Shown: positions 44,981 to 54,893, numbered from the stretch's first letter. The stretch is 64,000 nucleotides of DNA from a bacterium (GCA_021781955.1 JAJXVV010000004.1:1739-65738), one strand, 5' to 3'. The notes: generated by a model from the sequence alone, not told the origin. Program-made: numbers and translations.

Positions 44981-45019
44981 CAAAAAATCAGTCCCCGGCA
45001 CCATCAAGCGTCGGGGACT
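44981..45019 (-). terminator. Intrinsic terminator after the obg-kinase-84aa operon
   Basis: The minus strand reads AGTCCCCG-(14-nt loop)-CGGGGACT followed by GATTTTTTG. It overlaps the stop of the 84-aa ORF. Confidence 0.5.
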
Positions 45020-45258
45020 TTCTCGCGAGGGTAGCGATTGAAGAAATGGTACGTCGTTCCACTGACTTCGAGAGAGTAGACGAACGTAAAGTAATACGTC
45101 TGTCCACCCTCGAAGAGACGGTCGCCCACCTCTTTGTCGACGGAGAACCAAAGTTCTCCCATGCCTTCAAATCGATACACCGCACCGGCTTTCGGCTGGA
45201 GTCTCTCCAGCAAAGAACGAAAGTTCTTCATGAAGGTTGGAGTTACTATCATGCTCAT
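45004..45258 (-). CDS. Hypothetical 84-aa protein, translationally coupled to the upstream kinase-like gene
   Basis: ATGA overlap with the kinase-like gene. No recognisable motif. Confidence 0.4.
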   Translation of the reverse strand: MSMIVTPTFMKNFRSLLERLQPKAGAVYRFEGMGELWFSVDKEVGDRLFEGGQTYYFTFVYSLEVSGTTYHFFNRYPREKVPDA

Positions 45259-46151
45259 ACTCCTTTCTTCGCGATGTTCGCGAATACGACCTTCAACATC
45301 TCGACTATAACATGATCATCGTTGTATGTAAACGTCATGCCGGCCCGCTCGGACTTGTACGGCTCGAAGTCGGCATGCGCCTCGATCGAGAGGCCGAAGT
45401 CGATGATGTACGCCTCCTTCGCCTCGGGGGTCGGACTTTGCGAGATCATGACGTTGCCAAGATGCATGTCGCGATGGAACAGGCGCTTCGAGTGAAGGAA
45501 TGACAGCGCGCTTCGAATATCTTCGATCAGTTTGCCAGTATCGATCCATTCCGGAATCCGCCCTCGCCCGCGCAGGATGTCGTCCACGCTCTTGGCGTTG
45601 AGCTTCTCCATCGCGATCATCTTGCGATTGCCGATCTCGATGGCGTAGAACGGTTCAGGTACGCCGATGGGGCCACTATGCTCCGTCATCGTTTCGTAGA
45701 AGCGATCTTGCAGCGACAATTCGGTAAAAGTCCCGTTGCGGCCGCGCGGGACGGTTTCGGTGAGGGCGAACTTGTAGCATACTTCCGGCGGCAGCGCGCG
45801 TATCTCGTTGATGTCGACGACCACGAAACCATCCCCTCCGCGACCAAGCTCATGAGCGTGAGCCAGAATGGAGTCCATCGACTGTTTGAGCCCGACAACG
45901 TCGAGATCCTTCATCGTAACGCCGTCGACGGCGCGCGAGCTCTCGACGCGCGAGGTTCTGTGCAGCCGCTCACCTATGAGACGCTGCGCGTACGCAAGCG
46001 CCTCTTGCGCAGACATGGCGTCCATGCGATCCGCGTGAACCGACTGACGCAAAAAATCATTCTCGGAATCCTCCAAGAGCTGGTCGAGTTCTGCTTCGGC
46101 AGAACGAGAGCCCGGTCCTTTCTTGAATCCCTCCAATTTGTTATCTAGCAT
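45255..46151 (-). CDS. Protein-kinase-like (Hanks-type fold) protein
   Basis: Gly-rich loop LGRGGDGFV, a candidate catalytic Lys (CYKFALTE), catalytic loop LFHRDMHLGNVMI and IIDFGLS (DFG). An atypical N-terminal ~100 aa precedes these. Confidence 0.6.
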   Translation of the reverse strand: MLDNKLEGFKKGPGSRSAEAELDQLLEDSENDFLRQSVHADRMDAMSAQEALAYAQRLIGERLHRTSRVESSRAVDGVTMKDLDVVGLKQSMDSILAHAHELGRGGDGFVVVDINEIRALPPEVCYKFALTETVPRGRNGTFTELSLQDRFYETMTEHSGPIGVPEPFYAIEIGNRKMIAMEKLNAKSVDDILRGRGRIPEWIDTGKLIEDIRSALSFLHSKRLFHRDMHLGNVMISQSPTPEAKEAYIIDFGLSIEAHADFEPYKSERAGMTFTYNDDHVIVEMLKVVFANIAKKGV

Positions 46152-47142
46152 AGCCGTGTATTGGGTTCGCCTCCGCCGCTCCCTTCAGAACGCCGATCTC
46201 GTTGAGGATCTTTTTCATCGAATCCATGCTCGCATCGTCGATGATAGATACGGGTATCGCCGTGATGCCCGTTTTGCGGAGCGCTGCCTGTTTGGCGACG
46301 ACCTCCTCGTGGCCGACTGCGTCGGATTTGGCGAGGAACACATACTCTTCTTTTCCGCCGAGCTTAGTTCCGTACTTCCTGAGCTCCTCTCGAATGACCT
46401 TGTAGTCGCGTACCGGATCATCTGATTCGCAGGAGATGAGATGAAAAAGCACGCGGGTACGCTCGATGTGCTTGAGGAACTTATACCCGAGCCCTTTGCC
46501 GAGATGCGCGCCTTCGATGAGACCGGGAATGTCGGCGATGATGACGCCATAGTATGCGCCGAGGTGCGGTTCGAGCGTGGTGAACGCGTAATTCCCCACG
46601 CGGCTCTTGGCGCCCGTAAGCGCGTTGAGAAGGCTCGATTTGCCTGCGCTCGGCAAGCCGATGAGCCCGACATCCGCAATAAGCCGCATCTCGATACGAT
46701 ATGTAGCGTTGTCGCCCGACGACCCTTCTTCGAATTCTTTTGGCGTCGTGTTGGTGGACGACCGGAATTTGAAATTCCCCCTGCCGCCGCGCCCTCCTCC
46801 GGCGACGAGCATGCGCTCTCCGACCGATTCGATCTCGCGCCCGAATCCGGTAGCGAGATTGGTGACGCGCGAGCCGATAGGCACCCGCACGATGAGATTG
46901 CTTCCTGCCGCGCCATCGAGGAATTGTCCTCGGCCATTCTTTCCGTGCCCCGCGCGCATGATCTTGTGCGAGGAAAGCGTATTGAGCACCGTGAGATCGG
47001 CAACGCCTTCGAGGTACACGCTGCCGCCGGCTCCGCCATCGCCTCCCGTGGGGCCCTGCGAGAGCCGTACCTTATTGAAGGCGACAGCTCCCCGGCCGCC
47101 GTCGCCAGCCACGAACTCAATGGTCACTTCATCGACGAACAT
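46141..47142 (-). CDS. obg: GTPase Obg/CgtA
   Basis: Obg fold with Gly-rich N-terminus (FVDEVTIEFVAGDGGRG) and a G domain (GLPSAGKSSL; DIPGLIEGA). Confidence 0.9.
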   Translation of the reverse strand: MFVDEVTIEFVAGDGGRGAVAFNKVRLSQGPTGGDGGAGGSVYLEGVADLTVLNTLSSHKIMRAGHGKNGRGQFLDGAAGSNLIVRVPIGSRVTNLATGFGREIESVGERMLVAGGGRGGRGNFKFRSSTNTTPKEFEEGSSGDNATYRIEMRLIADVGLIGLPSAGKSSLLNALTGAKSRVGNYAFTTLEPHLGAYYGVIIADIPGLIEGAHLGKGLGYKFLKHIERTRVLFHLISCESDDPVRDYKVIREELRKYGTKLGGKEEYVFLAKSDAVGHEEVVAKQAALRKTGITAIPVSIIDDASMDSMKKILNEIGVLKGAAEANPIHGYAR

Positions 47143-47156
47143 AGTGCCTCATGCTA

Positions 47157-48401
47157 TCACGCATGGCTCCCCGCGACATAGCCGGTCGTCCAGGCGAGCT
47201 GCAAAGAATACCCGCCCGAGGGGCGCGACACGTGCAAGCAATCGCCTACTATGTGCAGATTTGGATGCAGGCGCGAGCGCATGGTCCTCGTGTCGACATC
47301 GGTGAGCGAGAGTCCGCCATCGGCAACGACCGCGCGATCGAACCCCATGAGCCCGCTTATCCGCACCGAGAGCCCTTTCAGGAGCTCGGCGAGCGCGCGG
47401 CGCTCCGCTTTGGTAACGCTGTGCACTTTTTTCTCCGGATCGATATCGGGCATAAGCGCGAGTATCGCTGCGGCCGCTCCCGCCGGCGCGACGCTCCGGA
47501 ACACGTTCTTCAGCGCCTTGTTCTTGCTGGCGTCGAACACGCTCGTTATCTCCCGCTCGAATATGCCGAGATCGAGTTCTGGCCGTGTATCTATCCGCGC
47601 ACGCACCGCACCTGCCTGGAGCAGATCGGCGACCTCGCCGGCGGCGTTGAGTATGAGCGGCCCCGATAGGCCGAAATGCGTGATGAGCACGTCGCCTCGC
47701 AGCGAGAACGCGCGTTTCTCATCGGCGAAGAACGTTACCTTCGCGCCCTTGAGCGTCTTCCCGGCGAGCGGTTTGAGCCACGCATCGGGCGAGCGCAGCG
47801 GCACTATCCTCGGCGTTGGCGTGTGTATCGCGTACCCGAGCGACGTGAGCCATGCGAAGCCTTCACCGGTGGAACCAGTCTCCGGGTGCGAGACGCCGCC
47901 GGTGGCGAGGACGTATGACCTCGCGCTGAGCACTTCCTTGCCCACGACGACTCCCGCGATCCGCCCGTCTTGCACCGCAAAACCGAGCACCGCCGCACGC
48001 ACCCGCACATCCACGCCATGCACGGCGAGTGCGCGCGTGAGCGCGTACACCACATCTTGCGCGCGCTCGCTCTGCGGAAAAGCGCGCTTGCGCGCCTCCA
48101 CCTTGAGCGGCACATCATGCGCTTCGAACCACCCGTATGCGGCACGCATGCCGAATTGGGAGAAGGGAGAATATAAGAATTGCTCGGACATGCCGTAGTG
48201 CTTGAGGAGCGTGTGTTCGTCCTCTTCCGCATTCAATATATTGCAGCGCCCGCCGCCCGATATCGCGAGCTTCGCGCCGAGACGCGCATTTTTCTCCAGC
48301 AAAAGCACCCGCTTCCCCCGCTCGCCCGCGCGCGCAGCGGCCATCATGCCTGCGGCCCCGCCGCCGATTACGATAACGTCGTAGTTCGTTCGCATCGTCA
48401 T
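47157..48401 (-). CDS. NAD(P)/FAD-dependent oxidoreductase, HI0933/BaiN-like flavoprotein
   Basis: Rossmann motif DVIVIGGGAAGMMAA, GGGRCN and the C-terminal HI0933-like segment. Confidence 0.8.
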   Translation of the reverse strand: MTMRTNYDVIVIGGGAAGMMAAARAGERGKRVLLLEKNARLGAKLAISGGGRCNILNAEEDEHTLLKHYGMSEQFLYSPFSQFGMRAAYGWFEAHDVPLKVEARKRAFPQSERAQDVVYALTRALAVHGVDVRVRAAVLGFAVQDGRIAGVVVGKEVLSARSYVLATGGVSHPETGSTGEGFAWLTSLGYAIHTPTPRIVPLRSPDAWLKPLAGKTLKGAKVTFFADEKRAFSLRGDVLITHFGLSGPLILNAAGEVADLLQAGAVRARIDTRPELDLGIFEREITSVFDASKNKALKNVFRSVAPAGAAAAILALMPDIDPEKKVHSVTKAERRALAELLKGLSVRISGLMGFDRAVVADGGLSLTDVDTRTMRSRLHPNLHIVGDCLHVSRPSGGYSLQLAWTTGYVAGSHA

Positions 48402-48446
48402 ACGCTATGGCGCGCCGGCGCTCGTTCCTGCCGGCTTCGCTACGAA

Positions 48447-48839
48447 TTATTTAGAACGCTTCGCGGTCTTTGCTTTTGCGCGGGTCGCGACTTTCTTCGT
48501 TTTGACCGGCGGCGTCATGAGCGCGATAAGTCGTTCGAGCTTTTCGTTAATGCCATGGAGTTCCGCTTTTACCTCTTGCATCGAACGATCGTCGCGCGGA
48601 GGCTGCGAGAACGGGGGGCGCGCCGCGAATTCGCGGCGCGGCGCGCGATCGGACGGCTCGTGCTTGGCAAAGCACTCTTTGCAATAGACAGGCTTCTTGC
48701 CGTTGGGACGGAACGGGACCTCGCACGCTTTGCCGCACGAGCTGCATTCGGCTTTGAACAGGTGCTTGGGCGCACCACCAAATCCGCCCCTGTGCGGAAA
48801 CGGTTTGCGAGGAAAACGAGAGCTGCGATAGTCAGGCAT
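48447..48839 (-). CDS. Zinc-ribbon (CxxC-n17-CxxC) protein with a basic tail
   Basis: CSSCGKACEVPFRPNGKKPVYCKEC, followed by a Lys/Ala-rich C-terminus. Confidence 0.5.
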   Translation of the reverse strand: MPDYRSSRFPRKPFPHRGGFGGAPKHLFKAECSSCGKACEVPFRPNGKKPVYCKECFAKHEPSDRAPRREFAARPPFSQPPRDDRSMQEVKAELHGINEKLERLIALMTPPVKTKKVATRAKAKTAKRSK

Positions 48840-48865
48840 ATATTTTTATTAAGGATGATTATATC

Positions 48866-48896
48866 ATATCCCGTGATTGCATGCAAATCGGGATAT
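48866..48896. promoter_or_regulatory. 31-bp near-palindrome upstream of the zinc-ribbon gene (ATATCCCG-tga-TTGCATGCAA-a-TCGGGATAT)
   Basis: An 8-bp perfect inverted repeat encloses the 10-bp perfect palindrome TTGCATGCAA, within AT-rich DNA 27-57 nt upstream of the start codon. Confidence 0.4.
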
Positions 48897-48923
48897 TTGA
48901 CATACGACCCGATGCGTGTCGTA

Positions 48924-48994
48924 CTGGGGGACTTGGATTCGAACCAAGATAAACGCCTCCAAAGGGCGCTGTCCTACCATTAGACGATCCCCCA
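48924..48994 (-). tRNA. tRNA-Gln (anticodon UUG)
   Basis: Hand-folded cloverleaf with U1:A72 (typical of tRNA-Gln), anticodon loop CTTTGGA and T-loop TTCGAAT. CCA is not encoded. Confidence 0.8.
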
Positions 48995-49078
48995 CTGCTG
49001 CGTTGCCAGCACCCGTAGCATACGGTGCTTTGCGAGAAATTCAAACTGCTGCTTTCGCCCCGAGTATGCGAAGCTCGG

Positions 49079-49552
49079 TCAGATCGTTGAGACATCTACG
49101 ACGCGTCTCGACCGCATCCAAAAGCTCGCGAGGTACGCGAGAATGAAGAAGATGAGGCCGCGAAAACAGGGCGTGGTGAGCGGATTTGCATTGGGCGCGC
49201 ACACGAGCGGCACGCCGAAGCTGAAGATATGGAAGTAATCGGCGCATTCGTATCCCATGACGACCGCCGCGAAGATCATGCCGAAGAGGAGCAATCGCGA
49301 AAGCCAAACTTCACTGCGCGCGCTCGATCGCAGATGCAACGCAGACGCCCAGAAGAACGCGCCGAGAAATGCGAGCGAACCATAGAGACACGGCGTAAGG
49401 AACGGGTTCGTCACCGTACCCTCGCTCACGTGCAAAAAGGTGCCGAAGGTCGCATAGAAAGCGCGGAATTGCACGATGAGCGCCGACCACGAGGAAACAA
49501 CCCCCGCACCGAGAATGAGCAACCGCGCCCATGAGGCGACCCGCGCATTCAT
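49079..49552 (-). CDS. Hypothetical 4-TM membrane protein
   Basis: Hydrophobic helices only. Start chosen at MNARVASW. Confidence 0.4.
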   Translation of the reverse strand: MNARVASWARLLILGAGVVSSWSALIVQFRAFYATFGTFLHVSEGTVTNPFLTPCLYGSLAFLGAFFWASALHLRSSARSEVWLSRLLLFGMIFAAVVMGYECADYFHIFSFGVPLVCAPNANPLTTPCFRGLIFFILAYLASFWMRSRRVVDVSTI

Positions 49553-50619
49553 ACCCGCATTGTAGCAGGCGCGCAAAGATCCATGATCGCGAGCTCGAGC
49601 GGCAGGTGCGGCAGCACGGCGTAGGCCATCTGCGCGTGCGCTTCGAGGAGCGCGCGGAGCGCGTCGGAGTTGAGTCCGGCACTTTTGACAAGGCTTTTGG
49701 CGAGATCAAGGTCGGCATCGGCGAGATCTTTCGCGAGCGTGCCCGCGAGGTCGGGTGCGAAACGCAGGAGGAGTACGACGCGCATGCGTTGCATCAAGAG
49801 CTTGGCGAGGATGCGCGCATCCACATTCTCGACGACCGCCTCCTCGACCACCGCGAGCGCCCCGGCGGCGTTCTTTTCGGCGAGCGCTGAGAGAATACGG
49901 CGCACGAGTTCGCCTCGCGGCGCACCGGAAACCTCCTCCACGTCGGCGAGCGTCACCTTTTTACCGGACGCGACGGAAAGCACCTTTTGCAAAATGGAGA
50001 GCGCATCGCGGAACGATCCCTCGGCCAGAAGCGCGACGAGATCGCTGCCCGCGCGCTCAAGCTCAAAGCCCTCGCGTACCGCAACATCGACGACCGACTC
50101 CGAGAGCGTCTCGCGCGTCGGCTGTTTGAAAGTATAAATCTCGCAGCGCGACTGTATCGTATCCGGCACCTTGTCGCGCTCGGTTGTCGCCATCACGAAG
50201 ATAACGTGCGCGGGCGGCTCCTCGAGCGTCTTGAGGAACGCGTTCCATGCGCTCTTCGAAAGCATGTGCGCTTCGTCGATGATGTAGAAGCGGTACGGCG
50301 ATTCGAACGGCAGCACGTTGACTGCCTCACGCAACTGCCGGATGTTGTCGACGCCGGTGTTCGACGCAGCGTCTATCTCGTACAGGTCCTTGTCGGAAAC
50401 CCCGAGACTCTTCGCGAGAATGCGCGCGACGGTCGTTTTGCCCGTGCCGCGTGGCCCGGCGAAGAGGTATGCGTGCGCAGTCTTTTTATTCTTGATGGCT
50501 TTTTGCAGCACGTCGGTCACCTGCCCTTGCCCGCGCACGTCCGCGAACGTTTGCGGTCGGTAGGTGCGGTACAGCACTCCCCCTTTCGCCCCATTTTTAT
50601 TCATGGCGACAGTATACAA
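49549..50619 (-). CDS. dnaX: DNA polymerase III subunit gamma/tau, short form
   Basis: YRPQTFADVRGQ, Walker A GPRGTGKTT, IDEAHML and the SRC motif. It ends after domain III at 356 aa. Confidence 0.8.
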   Translation of the reverse strand: MYTVAMNKNGAKGGVLYRTYRPQTFADVRGQGQVTDVLQKAIKNKKTAHAYLFAGPRGTGKTTVARILAKSLGVSDKDLYEIDAASNTGVDNIRQLREAVNVLPFESPYRFYIIDEAHMLSKSAWNAFLKTLEEPPAHVIFVMATTERDKVPDTIQSRCEIYTFKQPTRETLSESVVDVAVREGFELERAGSDLVALLAEGSFRDALSILQKVLSVASGKKVTLADVEEVSGAPRGELVRRILSALAEKNAAGALAVVEEAVVENVDARILAKLLMQRMRVVLLLRFAPDLAGTLAKDLADADLDLAKSLVKSAGLNSDALRALLEAHAQMAYAVLPHLPLELAIMDLCAPATMRV

Positions 50620-50631
50620 GAAAAGCTCGGC

Positions 50632-51591
50632 TTATGCGGCTTTGTGCAAGAGCCGCTGCGCGTCCGCGACCGAGACGGTCTCCATGAGCCGCACGCGCAA
50701 CTCCTTGGCATCGTGCCAGCCAGAAACATAGGCTTTGAAATGCTTCTTCATGACGGCGAAATTGACGCTGTCGCCCAAGAGCTCGTCGAAGAGCTCGAGG
50801 TGCCGCGCGAGCGCCTCCAGCCGCTCGCGCGGCGAAGGTTCGTCTTTTCTATCCGCAAAAAGCCATGGATTCCCGAAAGCGGCGCGCCCGAGCATCACGC
50901 CGTCGCAACCGGTCTCCGCGACCTTCGCTCGCGCGTCAGCAAGACCCGTCACGTCGCCGTTGCCGATGATGACGGCATCGGACCCAAGTTCGTCGCGCAG
51001 CTCGACCGCGCGCTTCACCCGCTCCCACCGTGCGGGCACGAGCGACATCTCTTTGCGCGTGCGCGCGTGGAGCGCGATAGCCGACGGCTTCTCGACGAGC
51101 AGCTCCGGCAGCCACGATTCAAGTTCATCGGCGTTGTACCCGAGACGCGTCTTGACCGAGACCGGCAAACCGCCCTGTTTCGCCGCCCCTATCATCTCGC
51201 GCGCGAGCGCAGGCGTGCGTATCATCGCGGCGCCGCAGCCGCTCTTCTCGATCGCGCGGTCCGGGCATCCCATGTTGATGTCCACGCCATCGAAGCCGAG
51301 TTCGGCGACGAGCTTGGCCGCCCGCGCCATATGCTCCGGGACTGCGGTAAAAAGCTGCGCGACGATGGGGCGTTCCGCTCCGGAGAAAAGCAGCTTTTTC
51401 AGCAGCTTTGCTCTCCCCTTTTCGGGCGCGAGCAGCAAGCCGTCGGCCGAGGTGAACTCGGTGTAGAAGACGCGCGGCACGTGCGGTGCGGCGTGCGCCG
51501 CAATGAGCCGCCGGAACGCGGCGTCGGTGACGTCCTCCATCGGCGCGAGCGCGAAAAAAGGTCGTGGCAGCGTGTGCCAGAACGTATCCAT
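50632..51591 (-). CDS. dusB: tRNA-dihydrouridine synthase
   Basis: LAPMEDVTDAAFRRL N-terminus, TIM-barrel Dus motifs (VDINMGCP; catalytic Cys) and a C-terminal helical domain. Confidence 0.85.
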   Translation of the reverse strand: MDTFWHTLPRPFFALAPMEDVTDAAFRRLIAAHAAPHVPRVFYTEFTSADGLLLAPEKGRAKLLKKLLFSGAERPIVAQLFTAVPEHMARAAKLVAELGFDGVDINMGCPDRAIEKSGCGAAMIRTPALAREMIGAAKQGGLPVSVKTRLGYNADELESWLPELLVEKPSAIALHARTRKEMSLVPARWERVKRAVELRDELGSDAVIIGNGDVTGLADARAKVAETGCDGVMLGRAAFGNPWLFADRKDEPSPRERLEALARHLELFDELLGDSVNFAVMKKHFKAYVSGWHDAKELRVRLMETVSVADAQRLLHKAA

Positions 51592-51609
51592 GCGGGAACG
51601 ATAGCACGC

Positions 51610-52671
51610 CTAGTGCGCGATGCTCGTGGACGCGCTCCCGCCATAGAGCTTGTAGTACACGCGATTGCCAAACCGCAGATCGATGTACTGCAAGCCGCTC
51701 AGCTGCCCCTGGAGCGGGCCAGACGAGAGTACAAGTTGCAGGTTCTTCACGAGTGTACCGGCATCTTCCCCGAACGAGGCCTTGACCATGAAGCTCGAGG
51801 AAGCGGCCGTATCGGTGATCTCGACGGAGAAATCGGTGTCGTTCTCTACCGCGACGGTCGTGGGCGTAAAGCCAGCCTGTCCGAGCGTGGTCAAGAGCGA
51901 TACGAGCGATGGGAGATGCGTGAGCGCGAAGATCCTGCCGACGGGACTCCCTGGCGCGGTCGCCGCGACGTACGGACTCGTGCTCGTCGCGCCGGAGAGT
52001 CCTCCCTCAAAACGGTATTGGGTAGCGGGGATCGACAAACCGGTCGCGAGTGCGTAGAGAAACCCGCCCGCATCCATTTCGTAGCACGTGGCGGCTGGTA
52101 CGCTCGGCTGCGCTAACATGGCGCCTGGGAGAGTAGGTACGGTACTGCTCGCGGCGCCTGCCGTCTGCGGGGACTCGCACCAGAGCGCAAAGGGCGTGCG
52201 CTCGATTACCGTGACCGTGAGCTGCGTCGAGATCGCCGTATCGCGCGAAAGATGCGCAGACGCGATGCGCGGAAAGTACGAAACGATGTCGGATTCGATC
52301 GCCGCGCGCGGGTACAAAAAGATATTGCGGCGCGAAAAGAAATGGTACGTGCCGTCGTCGAGGATCGAACGCACGTAATCGGCAATGACTTGCGGTGGCA
52401 CGTGTTCGGCCCCGACGACCGTGACGCTCCGTATCGTGAACTTCGGCAGATACGAAGCGTAGTGCGCACCCCACGCGAGCGCGGCGACGAAAACGAGCGT
52501 GCCTATCGCGAAGATGAGGCGTACGCGGCGGCGGCGCGCCCGGAGCGGAAGCGGCCTCGTGCGTTCCTCACGCGGCGGACGGGGAGCGGCCGGCGCAGAA
52601 GTGAAAAGCGACCGCTGCCCCTGGAGCGGCTTACGGGAACGGGCATGCGGCCTCAGATCGATCACTCCCAT
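51610..52671 (-). CDS. ftsQ: Cell division protein FtsQ/DivIB-like (POTRA)
   Basis: Arg-rich cytoplasmic N-terminus, a single TM helix and a POTRA-like segment FTIRSVTVVGAEHVPPQVIADYV. Confidence 0.6.
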   Translation of the reverse strand: MGVIDLRPHARSRKPLQGQRSLFTSAPAAPRPPREERTRPLPLRARRRRVRLIFAIGTLVFVAALAWGAHYASYLPKFTIRSVTVVGAEHVPPQVIADYVRSILDDGTYHFFSRRNIFLYPRAAIESDIVSYFPRIASAHLSRDTAISTQLTVTVIERTPFALWCESPQTAGAASSTVPTLPGAMLAQPSVPAATCYEMDAGGFLYALATGLSIPATQYRFEGGLSGATSTSPYVAATAPGSPVGRIFALTHLPSLVSLLTTLGQAGFTPTTVAVENDTDFSVEITDTAASSSFMVKASFGEDAGTLVKNLQLVLSSGPLQGQLSGLQYIDLRFGNRVYYKLYGGSASTSIAH

Positions 52672-52722
52672 ACCTGTGTTATGAGCTAACGCAACGACTC
52701 GTCTCGGCGCGCGCGATCCGGC

Positions 52723-54012
52723 TCATTGCCGCGCGATCACCTCTTTACCCATGAAGCCCTGCAGGACCTCGGGAATGCGTATCGAGCCGTCCTTTTGCTG
52801 GTTGTTCTCGACGAGTTGACAGAGGATGCGCGGCATCGCGAGCGCGGTATTGTTGAGCGAATGCGCGTAGCGCAAGGTGCCACTTTCATCGCGATAACGA
52901 ATATTGAGGCGGCGCGTTTGGAAATCATGGAAGTATGAGGATGAGTGCGTCTCGCGGTACGTCTGCTCGCTCGGCATCCATGCCTCGATGTCGTACTTTT
53001 TCACCTGCCCCAAACCCAGATCGCCGCCACAGTTGACCACCACGCGGTACGGGAGCTTCAACTCCTGCAGAAGATTCTCTGAATTTGCGGTGAGTTCTTC
53101 GTGCCACTTGACCGACTCCTCATGCGAGGCTTCGCACAGCATGACCTGCTCGTACTTCACGAACTCGTGGATCCGGAAGATGCCCTTCGTGTCCTTGCCA
53201 TGACTGCCCGCCTCGCGGCGAAAGCACGGAGAGAACGAGAAGAATTTGATCGGCAACTGATTCTTATCGAGAATTTCGTCCATGTAGTAGCCCATCGTGG
53301 CGACCTCCGCGGTACCGGCGAGGTATTCGCCGTCCTGCGTTTTATAGAGATCTTCCTCGCTTTGAGGCAGGTAGCCGGTGCCGACAAAAGGCTCGCGGCG
53401 CACCATAGAGGGCACGATCATCGGCGTAAAATCCTTCTGCGCGAAACGCGTCTGCACGAACTGCTCGAGCGCCCACACGAGCCGCGCGCCGTCGCCCTTG
53501 AGGAAGTAGCCGCGGAAACCGGCGACTTTGGCGCCGCGTTCGTAGTCGGCCATGTCGTGCATGAGGAGGAGTTCGCTGTGCGGCTTGGGCTCGAAGTCGA
53601 ACTTGGGCGGCTGCCCTCCCACGCCGGAGGCGGGCGACCATTGGCGCACTTCTTTGTTGTCGGCATCGCTTTCGCCTTCGGGCACGGAGATGTCCGGGAC
53701 GTTGGGCACCTGCAGCATGAGCGCGCGCCACTCCTTCATGACCTCTTGCATCGACTCTTCCGCGAGCCTCAAGGTCTCCTTCACGACCTGCATGCGCGCG
53801 ATGACATCTTGCCGTTCCAGGTCGGTCTTTGCGGATGCGATCACGATCGACGCGTTGTTCTGTTCGGCACGCTTCTCATCGATCTGCGCCTGAAGCAGCC
53901 GACGCCGATCATCGAGCGTGATGAGTGTATCGATATCGAGCGCGATATGCTTTTTCTTCGCGCCCGCAGCAACAATGTCCTTGTTCTCCCGGATGAACTT
54001 AACGTCCAACAT
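52723..54012 (-). CDS. serS: Serine--tRNA ligase
   Basis: N-terminal coiled-coil arm and class II motifs (FRREAGSHGKDTKGIFRIHEF; GGDLGLGQ). Confidence 0.9.
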   Translation of the reverse strand: MLDVKFIRENKDIVAAGAKKKHIALDIDTLITLDDRRRLLQAQIDEKRAEQNNASIVIASAKTDLERQDVIARMQVVKETLRLAEESMQEVMKEWRALMLQVPNVPDISVPEGESDADNKEVRQWSPASGVGGQPPKFDFEPKPHSELLLMHDMADYERGAKVAGFRGYFLKGDGARLVWALEQFVQTRFAQKDFTPMIVPSMVRREPFVGTGYLPQSEEDLYKTQDGEYLAGTAEVATMGYYMDEILDKNQLPIKFFSFSPCFRREAGSHGKDTKGIFRIHEFVKYEQVMLCEASHEESVKWHEELTANSENLLQELKLPYRVVVNCGGDLGLGQVKKYDIEAWMPSEQTYRETHSSSYFHDFQTRRLNIRYRDESGTLRYAHSLNNTALAMPRILCQLVENNQQKDGSIRIPEVLQGFMGKEVIARQ

Positions 54013-54026
54013 GTTACGATACTACC

Positions 54027-54893
54027 ATGAAAGATGGGGTCATACAGCTCGCTCCCGCGGAATTTCCTCCGCTGTTGCGCGAGATTGCTGACGCCCCCAA
54101 GCAGCTGCACGTGCGCGGCACGATGCCGAGCCTTGAGAAAAAGTGGCTCACGGTCGTGGGCTCACGCGCGATGACCGCGTACGGCAAGCAGACGGTACGG
54201 TATCTCATCGACGGCCTGCGCGGCTACCCCATCGTCATCGTCTCCGGGCTCGCCTATGGCGTGGACGCTGCCGCGCATCGCGCCGCGCTCGATGCTGGCC
54301 TCGCGACCGTCGCCGTGCCCGGCTCTGGGCTCGACTGGGACGTTCTGTATCCGCGAGGGAATGTCGCCCTCGCGCGCGAGATACTCGCTGCAGGCGGCTG
54401 CCTCGTGTCGGAGGAAGAACCAGGCACTCGCGCCGCCGACTGGACCTTTCCGCGCCGCAACAGAATCATGGTCGGCCTCTCGCATGCAACCCTCATCATC
54501 GAGGCGAAGGAGAAGAGCGGCTCGCTCATCACGGCGAAGCTCTCGACCGAATACAACCGCGAGCTTCTCGTCGTGCCCGGTTCGATATTCAGCGAGGAGA
54601 GCAAGGGCACGCACCAATTCCTCAAGCTGGGCGCCTCGGCAGCGACATCCTCCGAAGACGTCCTGCAAGCCCTCGGCATCGCGAAGCGCGAAGGCGCCGC
54701 CAGGTTAAACGAGCTGCGCGACGACCTTTCCGAAGAGGAGCGGCGCGTGTTCGACATTCTGCACGCGCCGGTGCCACGCGACGCGCTTTTGGATGAACTC
54801 ACGTTGCCGATCACCGAGGCCAACGTGCTGTTGAGCACGATGGAAATTAAAGGCCTTATCGTCGAAGAACTGGGCGTCGTCCGCATCCGATGA
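54027..54893 (+). CDS. dprA: DNA processing protein DprA/Smf
   Basis: Rossmann-like DprA core (VVGSRAMTAYG; IVIVSGLAYGVDAAAH). Confidence 0.85.
   Translation: MKDGVIQLAPAEFPPLLREIADAPKQLHVRGTMPSLEKKWLTVVGSRAMTAYGKQTVRYLIDGLRGYPIVIVSGLAYGVDAAAHRAALDAGLATVAVPGSGLDWDVLYPRGNVALAREILAAGGCLVSEEEPGTRAADWTFPRRNRIMVGLSHATLIIEAKEKSGSLITAKLSTEYNRELLVVPGSIFSEESKGTHQFLKLGASAATSSEDVLQALGIAKREGAARLNELRDDLSEEERRVFDILHAPVPRDALLDELTLPITEANVLLSTMEIKGLIVEELGVVRIR

Noticed and set aside
44417-45034. 205-aa +-strand ORF across the nudix / small basic protein / ydeI region
   Set aside because: It is antisense to three compact, motif-bearing genes and has no recognisable domain.
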